Below the pieces are notes generated by a model. The model made no database searches. It was not told the DNA's origin and was given only the letters and a program-made list of their open reading frames with translations. Of a stretch of DNA of 64,000 nucleotides, positions 1 through 14,018 are shown piece by piece. This stretch comes from the human T2T-CHM13v2.0 reference genome, Homo sapiens, in NCBI RefSeq assembly GCF_009914755.1, contig NC_060935.1; one strand, 5' to 3'. Made by a program: the position numbers and the translations under genes. The stretch's first letter is position 1. The number at the start of each line of letters is the position of its first letter.

Positions 1-547
1 TTTCCAAGTCAACACCAACACAATGAATAAACCACTCTTTGGGATTGTTAGAGCTACAATCAACAGAAATACTGTCTGCTCCACATCTGCTTTAGAATAG
101 CCACCTTTCAAAATATTTTTTAATCTTGCTTAACGCTCACAGGTTATCCCTAATTGTATAAAGTCTTCCTTGGCTGACATATTTAGAATTCATTTTCCAA
201 CAAATCTGAAACTATTTTCACAAACCATAACCTTATTTCTTCTAAGTGGCCTCGATGTCATTACTTTCCTTCATTACTTTCACCTTTCATTTTTTATCCA
301 GTAAATCTCCTGACTGATTTCATATTTGAGGCTTCAATATTTTTGTTATTCCTTAAAGTCTTCGTCCTTTTATTTTTTAGGACTCTATTACACTTCTTGA
401 TTGACATAGCTTACTCGTTTGTTTCCTCATAATTTTCCTGATTTCATTCTTCAAAAACAATTATCCCAATTTTTCACTGTTGACGTCAATAGATGCTTTC
501 ATCTCTCATCTTGCATGAAGACCTCTATTTTTTTTTCTTTTTTCTAG

Positions 548-684
548 CAATAGGTCAGAAATTGGACCTTCAAGAAGAAATAGCAAAGAAGGATCATCTT
601 ACTGTTTTAGAGAGGAGAACTATAACAAGCACTCCTAACTACCAAAGCTGCAAGGAAAAGACTCATGGGTATAGAATTTTTAGG
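548..684 (+). other. Candidate spliced exon (unvalidated; likely lncRNA or pseudo-exon)
   Basis: Long T-tract at 527-545, tandem acceptors CTAG (546-547) and ATAG (552-553), donor AGG|GTGAGC at 685. Confidence 0.3.
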
Positions 685-2594
685 GTGAGCTGACATCAAC
701 AACATGAGCAGCACCTATCAGAATCTTACCACAGGCCTGAGTCAGGCTTTACATGACTACTTTAATCCAGAAGGAAAAACTTCATGAAAGTAGACAGTAG
801 TTCACACAGGATCAACAAAACGTAAATCAATTAAATAGGCCTGAGGAAAATCAATGAGGAGAATCTATGTGTGGTTATTTGTTTTAAAACATTGTTAGCA
901 GTGTTTTTAATGTTAGTTTTTCTGATAAGCATACAAGATTTCCTTTTTATTTCTTTTTGATCTATTTCTCATGCTCAGTTTAGCAGGCTATATTTGTGCA
1001 AACTGAAAGGAAACACTCTTTGAATGTTTACTTATTCCCACTGGCCCCGAAAATTAAGTAAAAATATCCTACTGGAATTTTTAATATATATTTTAAACTA
1101 ACGAATCATCGGAGAAACCTGAAGATGTTAATGACTCTGGTTCCTAGAATTCAGAAGAGTGGTTTCATTTCAGGTTAAGCTTAGAAAAGTCATAACTGAC
1201 CTTTGACACAAAAGAAAGAGGTAAGATCCTACTAAAATCAGATCTTACAATTTCCAAGTTTTAATTCATCTGTAAAGAATCAAACTATACTGAAAGATGT
1301 TATCTCTGGCATAATCTATAATGATCCTACAGAAAATATGTAAGATACTAATTGCCTTGTCTACAAAAGTATTTAAAACAGTGAATGGATATTATTACAA
1401 CAACCAGAATTGAGCCTCTTTACCTTTTATGGCAGTGTAATTATTTATGCAGGATTTTTAGGAATCAGTCCTTTTGCCAGTATATAAATGGACAGATCAG
1501 TTGGAAAACACAGACATGTTTGTAATGCCATGTTGGATAATAAATCCCATTTAATCAGCTATGAAGGGCCCACCATTAAGGAGCAAGGGTTGTGCTTTGT
1601 ATGTGGAATCAATACCTACAAAGCCCTCTTAGGAGGTCTGTGGCTTTCAGCTGACAGTAAAGAAGGTCACTTCCTGCCAGGCCAGGAATCTTACTGAACT
1701 GGGGGATGTTGCAGAGGCAAAGTTCATTACAGTTATAGGTACTGCAGGTAAAACCTAGTGGAGAAAAACTTCTTAGTCTCTTAGCCTCAGGAAAAATGAG
1801 CTAATAATAGTAGAAACAAACATCTAAAATAATAAAGACTTGAATATGCAACCCTAGATGCTTACATTCTTTACAGAACCTCCAGGCAGAAATTAATTAG
1901 GTGAGTTTCTCTCTAGTTTTGCTGAAAATACAATAAAAGTGTTTATGATACAACAGTTCTTGCTATCTACATGTGAATAAATCAGTCCAAATATAACAGA
2001 ACCTATACAATGTACTACATACAGTAACTACCACTGAATTTGGTATAATAATATATAAATCATTGTAGCATTAGTATTAGAACCATGGGTCTTTATGTAG
2101 GCAACATATTAAGCCTATGTCTAACTTCAATTAACTATAAAAACTGTAGAAAGCAATTAACTAAACAAGTTAGATTAATGCTCTTAGCACAAAACATGAA
2201 ATCATCTTTTTATGTGTGTGTAAGTACACGTGTATACATGCATTATCAAGAATAATAAAAGCTTTTTGTGATGGTACAGGCAATGTTCAGGATAGTTTAT
2301 CTAGAACTTGAAAATAGGGCCGAAAAAAAGACAACATATTCCTTTAATGTCCTACTAGTATCATTTTTCTGGTGCATCTGAGAGCTGTCTCAGTCTCTTG
2401 AGAAATGTAATTTTTCACTAACAATTTTTTAGGGCCCAGATGTTCTTTTACCTAACTTAGTAATCTTATTTCAGCATTCTTATTTCCACTGACTATGTAA
2501 ATCCTAATTTCTCATATTCTCACTGAAGTAGCTTTGCCATTCTGAAGGCCATTTAATCACTAAAATAAAATTTTGATACATGCCAAATATCTCC

Positions 2595-2992
2595 TTTTTT
2601 AGAATTGTGGTAAGAACACAACATGAGCGCTACCCTGTTAACAAATTTTTAAGTATACAATAGTATTGCTAATTATAGGCAAAACATTGTTTAGTAGATC
2701 TCTAGAATATATTCATCTTGCATAGCTGAAATTTTACACCTATCAAACAGCAACTTTCTACTTCCTCCTACCACTGGCTACTGAAAACCACCATTCTACT
2801 TTCTACTTCTATGAGTTTGACTATTTTAGGTGACTCAAATAAGTGGAATTATACAGCATTTTTCCTTTTGTGACTAGTCTATTTTACTTAGCATAATATC
2901 CTCAAGGTTTATCCATATTCTTTCGAGTAACAATATTTCCTTCTTTTATAAGGCTTAAAAATATTTATATATGTGTATTACATATAATATAT

Positions 2993-3025
<33 letters not shown>

Positions 3026-6000
3026 ACCACACTTTTTGTATTCACTCCTCAATAGATGGATATTTATTTTGTTTCTACATTTTGGCTATTGTGGATAATA
3101 CTGCAATGAACATGAAAGAGCAAATACCTCTTCAAGATCCTGATTTCTAGTCTTTTGGATAAATACCCAAAAGTAGGATTACTGGATCATATGGTAGTTC
3201 TATTTTTAATTTTTTGAGGAACTTCCATATTGTTTTTAATAAATGTTATACCAATTTACATTTTCACCAACAGTTTACAAGGGTTCCAATTTCTCCACAT
3301 TCTTGCCAACAACTATCTTTTTTAAAAAAATAGGCATTCTAACAGGTGAGGTGATATATCTTTGTGGTTTTGATCTGCATTCCCCTGATAATTAGTAATG
3401 TTAACATCTATTCATATACTTGGCCATTTGTATGTCTCATTTAAAGAAATATCAATTTTGATATTCGGGTCTTTTGCACATTTTTTAATTGTGTTCTTTG
3501 GTTTTCTGCTATTGAATTGTAGGAGTTCCTTATATATTTTGGATATTAATGCTTTATTAGGTATATGATTTGCAAATATTTTCTTCTATTGCTTTTTTAC
3601 TTTGCTTCCTGTGCAGAAGCTTTTGAGTTTGATGCACTCCCACTTACCTATCTTGGCATTTGTTGCATGTGTGCTTTTTTTTAATCATAATTAAGAAATC
3701 ACTGCCAAGACTAATGTTATGAAGCTTTTTTCCTATATTTTCTTCTAGGAGTATTTTACAGTTTCTTGTCTTTAATTCTTTAATCCACCTTGAATTAATT
3801 TTGGAGTATGATGTAAGATATTAGTCCAGTTCTGTTATTTTGCATATAGATATCCAAGTTTTCCAACATCCATTGTCAAAAGACTATCCTTTCCACATTG
3901 TGCATTCTTGTTACCTTTGTCAAACATCAGTTGACCATACATACTTGGGTTTATTTCTGGGCTCTGTATTCTGTTCCATTGGTTTATATGTCCATATTTA
4001 TACCAGTGCCATACTGTGTTGAATATTTTAACTTTGTAATATATTTAGAAATCAGGAAGTGTAATGCCTCCAGCTTTGTTCTTTTATCTCGATTGTTTGG
4101 GCTATTTGGAGTCCTTTGTGGCTCCACGTGTATTGGTTTTATTTTTTCTGTTTCTGTAAATAATACCATTGGGGTTTTGATAGAAATTGTATTAAATCTG
4201 TAGACTTCTGTGGGTGGTATGGACATTTTAACATTATTATCTTCCAAACTTATGAACAAGGGATACCTATTCATTTACTTGTGTCTTCTTTAATTCCTTT
4301 AATCAATGTTTTATAGTTTTCAATGTACAAGTCTTTCACCTCCTTGATTAAGTTTATTCCTAAATATTTTATTATTTTTCATGCAAATGTAAGTGGAATT
4401 GTTTTCTTGATTTATTTTAACATAGTTTGTCATTACTACATAGAAATGCAACTGAGATTTGTATGTCGATTTTGTATCCTATAACTTTACATAATTTATT
4501 CTAATAAAGCTTTTTGTAGAGTCTGAAGGGTTTTCTCCATATAAGATAATGTCACCTGCAAACAGAGAACATTATACTTCTTCCTTTTCTATTTGGATGC
4601 TTTTGTTTCTTTTTCTTGCCTAATTGCTCTGGCTTCCAGTAATATACTGAATCAAGGTGGTTACAGTAGGCCCCCTGCCTTGTCCCTGATCTTAGAAGAA
4701 GAACTTTCAGGTTTTTACTATTGAGTATGTCATTAACTGTGGGCTTATCATATATGGCTTATATTATGTTGAGGTAATTTCCTTCTATTCCTAGTTTGTT
4801 GCATTTTTATCATGAAAGAATGTTGAATTTTCAAATGTTTTCCTGTGTCTATTGAGATAAATATGTAAGTTTCAATCTTCATTCTCTTAATGTGATGTAT
4901 CACATTAATTTATTTTCATATGTTAAATTTTTCTCACATTCCAAGGATAAATCCCACTTGATCATACTATATGACCATGTCAATGTACTGTTGAATTCAG
5001 TTGCCAGTATTTTATTGATAATTTTTGCATCTTTGTTCATCAGGGATATTCTTTTCCTCAAGTGTCTTTATCTAAGTTAATGTCAGTGTAACACAAGCCT
5101 CAGAGGATAAGTTTAAAATTGTTCCCTCCTCTTCAACTTTTTGGAAGAGTTTGAGATACAATGGTGTTAATATTACTTTAAGTGTTTGGTAAAATCCAGC
5201 TGTTAAGCCATCAGGTCCTGGATTTTTCTCTGTTGATAGGTGTTTTGTTACTGAGTGGGTCTGTTCAGGTTTTCTATTTCTTTAAGATTTAGTCCTGTTA
5301 GGTTGTTTGGTTAGAAATTTATCCATTTTTTCTAAGTCACTCAATTTGTTGGTATCTAACTGTTTATACTAGTCTCTTATGATCATTTTTATTTCTGTAC
5401 CATCAGTTGTAATGTCCTCTCTTTCATTTCTGATTTTATGTATTTGTGTCTTCTCTTTTTTTGTTCTAGTGAAATTTTTAAAATCTTTTTTAAAACACCA
5501 ACTCTTAGTTTCATTGATTTTTTTGTGTATTATCTTTCTTTTATATTCTCTGTTTTATTTATCTCTGCTCTAATATTTATTATTTTTCCCTTCCATTAAC
5601 TTTTGGCTTAGTTTTTTTTTTTCTAGTTCCTTGAGGTGTAAAGTTAAGTTATTTACTTGAGACTTTTCTTTTTTTAATGTAGGTATTTAAGCTATAAATT
5701 TCCCTCTTAGTACTGTTTTGCTACATTAAATAAGTTTAAATATGGTGTTTTTGTTTGTTTGTCTTGAGATATTTCCTAGTTTCCCTTTATATTTCTTCTT
5801 TGACCCATTGGTTGTTCAAAAGTGTGTTAATTTCCACATAACTGTGAATTTTCCAATTTTTTCTTCTGCCATTGACTTTTAGTTTAATTCCAGTGTGGTC
5901 AGAAAAGGTACTTGAGATAATTTCAATCTTTTGAAATTTTTTAAGACTTTTTTTGTGTCCAAACACATGATGTATCTTGGAGATTGTTCTGTGTGTTCTC

Positions 6001-6710
6001 AAGAATAATGTATTCTCCTGCTGTTGAGTGGAATGTTCTGTTTATGTCTGTTAGTTTCATTTGATTTATTGTGTTTAATTCCACTGTTTTCTTATTGACT
6101 TTGTCTCTGGGTGTTCCATCCATTGTTGAAATTTGAGTATTGAAGTCTCCTTGTATTATTGTATTACTGTTTATTTCTCCCTTCAGTTCTGTCAATGATT
6201 GCTTATATATTTAGGTGCTCTGACATTGGTTGCATATATATTTGCAATTATTATATTATCTTGATGAATTGAGCACTTTATTATCACATAAATACTTCTT
6301 CATCTCATTTTACAATTTTCTACTTAAAGTCTATTTTTTTCTTTTATAAGTATAGTCATCCTTTCTCTCTTTTGGTTACCATTTGCATGAAATATCTTTT
6401 TATATCTTGTTACTTTCTGCCTATGTGTGTCTTTAAAAATAAAGTGGGTCTCTCATAGACAGCATACAGTTGGATTTTACTCTTATCCATTCATCCACTG
6501 TATGTTTTTGATTGGAGTGTTTCGTCCATTTATACTTAAAGTAATTATTTATAGGAAAGGATTTGTTACTTCCATTTTTAAAAATTGTTTTCTGTCTTGT
6601 AGCTCTTTTTTCCTACTTTTCCTCTTTTGCTGTCTTTGTTTTTTCATTGATTTTTTTTTTTTAGTGATATGTTTTAATTTCTTCCTCTTTTTATTTTGTG
6701 TGTTCTATAC
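2595..6710 (-). mobile_element. Old L1 (L1MA8/9-like): 3' UTR and decayed ORF2
   Basis: L1MA-type 3' end at about 2600. Minus-strand ORF2 remnants: endonuclease 'ELKGEINSNTIIQGDFNT' (5941-6195), 'FSDHTGIKL...NTLLNNQWVKEEI' (5787-6002) and 'YRFNTISIKTPMVLFTE' (3984-4274). Confidence 0.93.
2997..3024 (+). repeat. (CA)n microsatellite within L1
   Basis: About 14 AC units, directly visible. Confidence 0.95.
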
Positions 6711-8000
6711 ACTGGGAGAGATGGAGTTTTTTCCTAATGCTAAGATACCAACACAAAGAGTTAAGGAAAATGAAGGAGTAGTAAAATATATCCCAAACAA
6801 GAAACAAGATGAAGCTTCAGAAACCAATCCTCATGATATGGAGATATAAGAATCCCCTGACAGTAAATTCAAAATAACAATTATAAAGATGATTCATGAA
6901 CTCATCATGAACAAAGTAAGAATTTTAACAAAGAGATAATTTTAAAAGAAACAAATTGAAATCCTGGAGCTGAAGTATATAAAAATTGAACTATAAAATT
7001 CATGAAAAGGTTTCAACAGCAGAGTAGGTCAAGCAGAAGAAAGAATTAGTAAACCCATTTCAAATTACTCAATTGGAGGAGCAAAAAGAAAAAATAATGA
7101 AAAATAGTGAAAACATATTAAGGGACTTATTGGATGCCATCAAGTGGATATTGGTGCATTATGGATGTCCCAGAAAAAATAAAAGAAAGGGCCAAAAATT
7201 TTATTGGAAGAAACAGTGGCCAAAATTTTCCAATCTGAGAAAGAAAATTGACATCCATGTATAGGAATACCAAATGATCCCAAATAAAATAATCCCAAAG
7301 AAATCCACACTGAGATACATTATAATTGAATTGTCAAACATCAAATATAATGAGCAAATTTTGAATACAGCAAGAGAAAAGCAAATTTTTACATATAGAG
7401 GAACTTTTATAAGACTATGAGAAGATTTCTCAGCAGAAACTTTGCAGGCCAGAAGAGAGTGAGACTATATATTCAAAGTGCTGAAATAAGAAAAGAAATC
7501 TTACCAAGCAAGAATACTACACCCAGCCAAAATATCCTTTAGAAATAAAAGAGAGATAAAGAGTTTCCCAGACAAACAAAATTAAAGGATTTTGTCACCG
7601 CTAGACCTACTTTACAAGGAATGCTAAAGGGAATTATTCAAGTTGAAATGGAAGAATGCTAAACAGCAAGATGAAAACATGAAAGTATGAAAGCAAATAT
7701 ATAGACAAATACAGAATACTGTAATTCTGTAACTATAGATCATATATCACTTTTAATTCTAGTATAAAAGATAAAATACAAAAATATTTAAGATAATCAT
7801 GGCTATAAAAAATGTTAATGGATAGACAATATATTAATAAAATATGTAAACTGTAACATCAGTTTAAAAAGTGTGGTGGGAGAAAAATAAAAATACAGAG
7901 TCGTTGTATCCCGTTGAAGTTAAGCTGGTATCAGCATAAAATAAATTGTTACAACTATAAGCTATTATATGTAAAAGTTCTATTAACCACAAAGAAAAAG
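6711..8000 (+). mobile_element. L1 ORF1/inter-ORF segment, inverted relative to the adjacent L1
   Basis: A-rich L1M ORF1-like sequence (gatttctcagcagaaactttgcaggccagaagagagtg, agaatactacacccagccaaaatatcc), ending in inter-ORF sequence 'aaccacaaagaaaaa'. Confidence 0.88.
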
Positions 8001-8399
8001 ATCTCTTTCGAAAAGAAGTTAATGTTTAATCATTTGAAAATTATGATTTTCCAACTTCGAATTCATATGCCATTGCTGTCTATACTTATAACTTGGCACT
8101 TTTAAAACAGCATGTTTAATTATTAGTTTTCTTATTTCTTTGTTGCTGACAGCCCGCTGGCTCATCGACGTTCTGAGCTTCTTGAGAGCAGGACTATGTG
8201 TTTCATATGCCTCTATAAACCTAAGCTTCATGTGAACTGTCTTAAATCTTGCAGGCATTTACTTTAGTCAGACCATATAGGTCGGAAGAAAGATAGATTT
8301 GCTTAGAATATCTTAAAAGAATGGAATTAATTGCAGAATTACATGTATCCTGGTGCTGGCAAGCTGCTGACATCTCATTACCACGTCTTACCATGTTTT

Positions 8400-8690
8400 C
8401 TTTACAACAGCTTGAAACACTCTTTTTACCGGAATTACTCCTACTTGTTAATTAGGTCTGAGCTTAAATGACCAATTCCAATGGGAAGTCTTTCTTGAAC
8501 TGTTCAGACTAAGTTAGCAGTATCTGCTATGTACTCCTGCAGTACACCATACTTTTTCTATCAGAGCACTTACAACATTTTAAAAATTAATAATCTGTTC
8601 AGTTTTGGGCTCCATGTCTGTCTTGCTATTGAATCTCTAACGCCCAGCCTTGTACAATAGGCACTTAATAAATGTTTGCTGAATAAATAA
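8400..8690 (+). mobile_element. L2 3' fragment
   Basis: Ends in an L2 tail-like 'ggcacttaataaatgtttgctgaataaat'. Confidence 0.6.
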
Positions 8691-8799
8691 TTTCTCATGC
8701 TTCTACTTCTCTCTGGAACAATCACAGTCTTTCTCTCGCTACCGACTGACTTACTGTTTTTATCCTCTCTCTAGTTTTACTGAATTCATAGTATCTGCT

Positions 8800-9173
8800 G
8801 TTTTATAATGTCTACTCAGCCATTATCTATCCTGATACTTCTCTTTATTTTCCTTACAACTGGACACCATCCGCCATGGTCCTGATCCTTCTTCATGACT
8901 ACTTTCTATCTATACTCTCGGTTTTGTATTCTGCTTGTAACAATTTTCCGGTGCAAATTCCAAATAGAGGGAATCTGGTTTCTTCACCTCTTCTCTTCAT
9001 ACCAGGACACATTATGGACTTTTTTAGGTGTTCACCTCTAGTCAATGGCTATAGCAGGGGGCAGAGTCACATAGAAGTAAATACAGCTGTCTAGATCCAT
9101 CTTTTAGCAGGAGGTACATTTCCTTAGAAAAGATTATGGGTGTGGCAGTCACCACAATTGAAATGTGTTATAC
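8800..9173 (-). mobile_element. Old MaLR LTR fragment (MLT1K/L-like)
   Basis: Motifs 'aaattccaaatagagggaatctggtt' and 'ggggcagagtcacatag' resemble old MLT1 LTRs; highly diverged. Confidence 0.4.
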
Positions 9174-10669
9174 AATTGATTATCAAAGGTAACTATAATT
9201 CTTGCCAATTGGCTCCAAAAATATCCATAGTCTCAAATATACAAAAATCAGGTATTTTATCTTCTCAATATACCATCTAAAAGTGCCAGAACAAGTACTT
9301 TCTTCCTTTCAGCACCTGAGGTAATTGGCACAGAGAATTTGACTGACTGGCTGAAGATCACACAGTTAGTCCGAAACCTGTTTATTATGGCGGGGGTATT
9401 AATCTTATTAGCTGGGCCCTCTTTCACATGTTCAGTCAAGTTTCCTCTCACTTCTCAATGCCCAGAATACCTGTCCAAGTAAGCCTCAAAAGGTTCAGTT
9501 TTTATTAAGAAATTGAAAGAATGGAGATTACTGATTGAGATTCTTAAAAGTTTGGCTTGAAACTACTGTGGTTATCCTCAAGTAATACAATTCAATTCTT
9601 CCCACTCCTTCCTTTCTCAATAATAAATAACCAAGGCTATTAAGATTGAACAGAACTTCGTTTGCATTTATTTTACCTTTGACCATGAGAAGTCTCATTG
9701 AGGAGTCGCCATGGAGACTATGATGTCATAAGCAACACAATGTGCTACACTGAAGCCCCAGAGAATAAAAGTTAGGGTTTGATGGAAGCATTTTCTGGGC
9801 AAGTTTATTGCACTTAACGAGAAAATGGAAACTTGACTTGAGAAAAACATTTCTAAACATTGCACACTGCTGGAGGTCAATTGGTGTGGCCATTGAAAGC
9901 TTCACAGAGAAAAATGACTTTACAGTTTAATCACACTAACAGGCCAGAGTGAGGGAATAAAGAGAGTGTGTGACCAAGATGGCTGCTCTTTGGACAGCCT
10001 GTTCCCAAGCTGGAAATAGTCCAATTTTTGGTGGCATAGTAGAATCTATCTATCGAATTTTTCAGTCATGTTGGAAGTTTACTACATGATTAAATCAAAA
10101 TAAACTGAGACTAAATAAATCAGAGTAGACGGTGCTTACCAGAGCCTTATATGCACTCAGGACCACATGAACTGTGGTCTTCTACAATGTCAAGTATCAG
10201 ACACTCTTCCGTGGGCTTTCCAACTCCAATTCCTTTTTTACACTCAGTCTTTGCCACCCTGATCATTTTGGTAGCTCACCATCAGAGGTCTTTTTTCCCC
10301 CAGCAGTTATACAGACTACAGTTTTCCACAAAGAAGAAAAATAAACACAATACTAAAGGAAAAAGAAAAATGGAGAAACAAAAGAGACCTGAGGTCAGAC
10401 AGCTGGGGGTGATAGAATTGAAAAGTTGCAGGCTTCAAGACTGAAATAGGTATTATAAATAGTAGATGTACAGGATGAGCAGGTATATACATGTCAAAGA
10501 ATCAACATGTTCCTGATATACCCCAGGATTCTTTCAAATCTACAGGAGAGTGTTAACTTTCAATTTAAGAGTTGTAACCATAAATTCCATATGACAAGGA
10601 TTTTAAAGAAGATAGAATTATATCAAAATATATTTCCTGTAATTAAAAAACTACATAAGTGAAGACCTG

Positions 10670-12284
<1,615 letters not shown>

Positions 12285-12390
12285 AACCAAAGAGGTAAAA
12301 TACTATAACATTGCTTTAAGAAATCAAAAGTTGACTTAAATAAATGAAAAGACATTTTGTGTTCATGAACTAGAATACTTAATATTATTA
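12285..12390 (+). mobile_element. Short L1 ORF2 fragment, inverted relative to the adjacent L1MB
   Basis: Resembles L1 ORF2 sequence for 'TKEVK...[29 protein letters not shown]' on the plus strand. Confidence 0.75.
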
Positions 12391-12404
12391 CTATTTTTTA
12401 ATTC

Positions 12405-13030
12405 TTTTTCTTTCCATCTTTTATTTTAGATTCAAGAGGTACATGTGAAGGTCTTTTATGTGGGTAAATTAAGTGTCTCTGTTGGGTGTACATATAGTTT
12501 TGTCACCTAGGTAATCAGCATAATACATGAGAGGTAGCTTTTCAAGCCTCACCTTCCTCCTACCCTCCACCCGTAAGCAGGGCCCGGTGTCTACTATTCC
12601 CTTCTTTGTGTCCATGTGTACTCAGTGTTTATATCCCACTAATAAGTGAGAACATATGGTATTTGGTTTTCTGTTCCTGCATTAATTCACTTTGGATAAC
12701 GGCCTCCAGCTCCATCCATATTGCTGCAAAGGATATGATCGTGTTCTTTTTTATGGCTGAACATATTCCATGTACCACATTTTTTTTTATCTAGTCCACC
12801 ACTGATGGGCATCTAGGTTGATTTCATGTCTTTGCTATTGCAAATAGTTCTGGACAAACATACGCGTGCATGTGTCTTTATAGTAGAATGATTTATATTC
12901 CTTTGGGTATATACCCAGTATTGGGATTGCTGGGTCAGATGGTAGTTCTATTTTAAGTTCTTTGAGAACTCTCCAGACTACTTTCCACAGTGGCTAAACT
13001 AATTTACATTTCCACCAGCAGTGTATAAGT
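12405..13030 (-). mobile_element. 5'-truncated L1PA15/16-like 3' end
   Basis: 'ttttattttagattcaagaggtacatgtg', 'cccactaataagtgagaacatatggtatttgg', 'aatttacatttccaccagcagtgtataagt'. Confidence 0.9.
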
Positions 13031-13079
13031 GAATACTGGTCCCAACATAACAATAGTCTCATTGGTGATATAATGGAGA

Positions 13080-13190
13080 GAGACCAGAGAATCAAAAGTT
13101 ACTTGCCCAAAATTATATAATTATTACCAGCAAGCTAGAGGTAGAATCCCGACCTTCCTAACTCTATCAGTGTTTTATTTTACTACACAA
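13080..13190 (-). mobile_element. MIR fragment
   Basis: 'aagttacttgcccaaaattatataa...gctagaggtagaatcc' resembles antisense MIR core. Confidence 0.55.
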
Positions 13191-13685
13191 CTCTGCTTCT
13201 GCCCTGTATCAGAAGGAAGAAGAAGGGCAGAAAAACTCTTAATTTGGGGAGTGTTGGTAAAGAGTGAGGAAAACTCTAAACTGAATATATCTTTCATGTC
13301 ATTATTCTTCAAGAGTTACTGCCAAGGGGCAAGAGGTGACAGTGAGAATTAAACAGAATTTTTTGCAGTTTCATGAATTTTCCACTGGAATGCCCTGATG
13401 AACACCAGCTGTTTCATCTTCTGGGTATGTTGAGATTTTTTTTTTTTTCTGCTCAATGTTTACTGTATGCCTGCAACGTACAAGGGGATGTTGTATTCTG
13501 CTGCTTCACTGGCTCCACTGGAGTTAAATAATACTTTCCAATTTTAAATAGGGTGCATATGGGTGATATGGGAGGTATTCTCTGTTGGCAGAAACCTGTA
13601 GTTTGAAAAAAAATGAGCCAGACTGTAGGGAAGTAGGGAAGCAATCTGAAACATCTTTTTCTTCCTTCTCCTTTCTGCACGGCAG

Positions 13686-13772
13686 AAGTCAGGGCTACTG
13701 CCCTACAGAGCAGGCATGGCCTATGAGACGTTGCCGCTGGAGAGACACTTGTCCCCTCAGTGTCCCACCTGA
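13686..13772 (+). other. Candidate 87-nt exon (unvalidated)
   Basis: 23-nt pyrimidine tract at 13654-13676, GGCAG acceptor, donor TGA|GTAAGG at 13773. Confidence 0.3.
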
Positions 13773-13779
13773 GTAAGGT

Positions 13780-14018
13780 GTAGGAAAAGCACAGGCTTAG
13801 GAGACAAAGATATGAGTTTGAATCCCAGCTACTCTAGTGCCTAGGCATTTGACCTGAGACAAGTCACTCAGACTCCATGAGCTTTGCTTTTCTCACCTGT
13901 AAAAGGGGAATGACAACATGTATCATATAAAACTTTTATGAAAATAAGATAACATACAAATAAAATAACTATCATATACTATATTTGGAATGTAGTATAT
14001 GCTCAATAAATGTTACTC
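13780..14018 (+). mobile_element. MIR
   Basis: 'gagtttgaatcccagct', core 'ttttctcacctgtaaaagggga', tail 'tgctcaataaatgtta'. Confidence 0.8.

Noticed and set aside
3984-6195. ORFs resembling endonuclease/reverse transcriptase
   Set aside because: Frameshifted fragments of a dead L1 ORF2, not a gene.
6427-6849. 140-aa hydrophobic ORF
   Set aside because: T-rich antisense L1 spanning the inversion junction; the hydrophobicity is compositional.
9300-9330. Apparent 8-nt microexon (cctttcag|CACCTGAG|gtaatt)
   Set aside because: It overlaps a MIR-like remnant and the donor is modest; likely chance.
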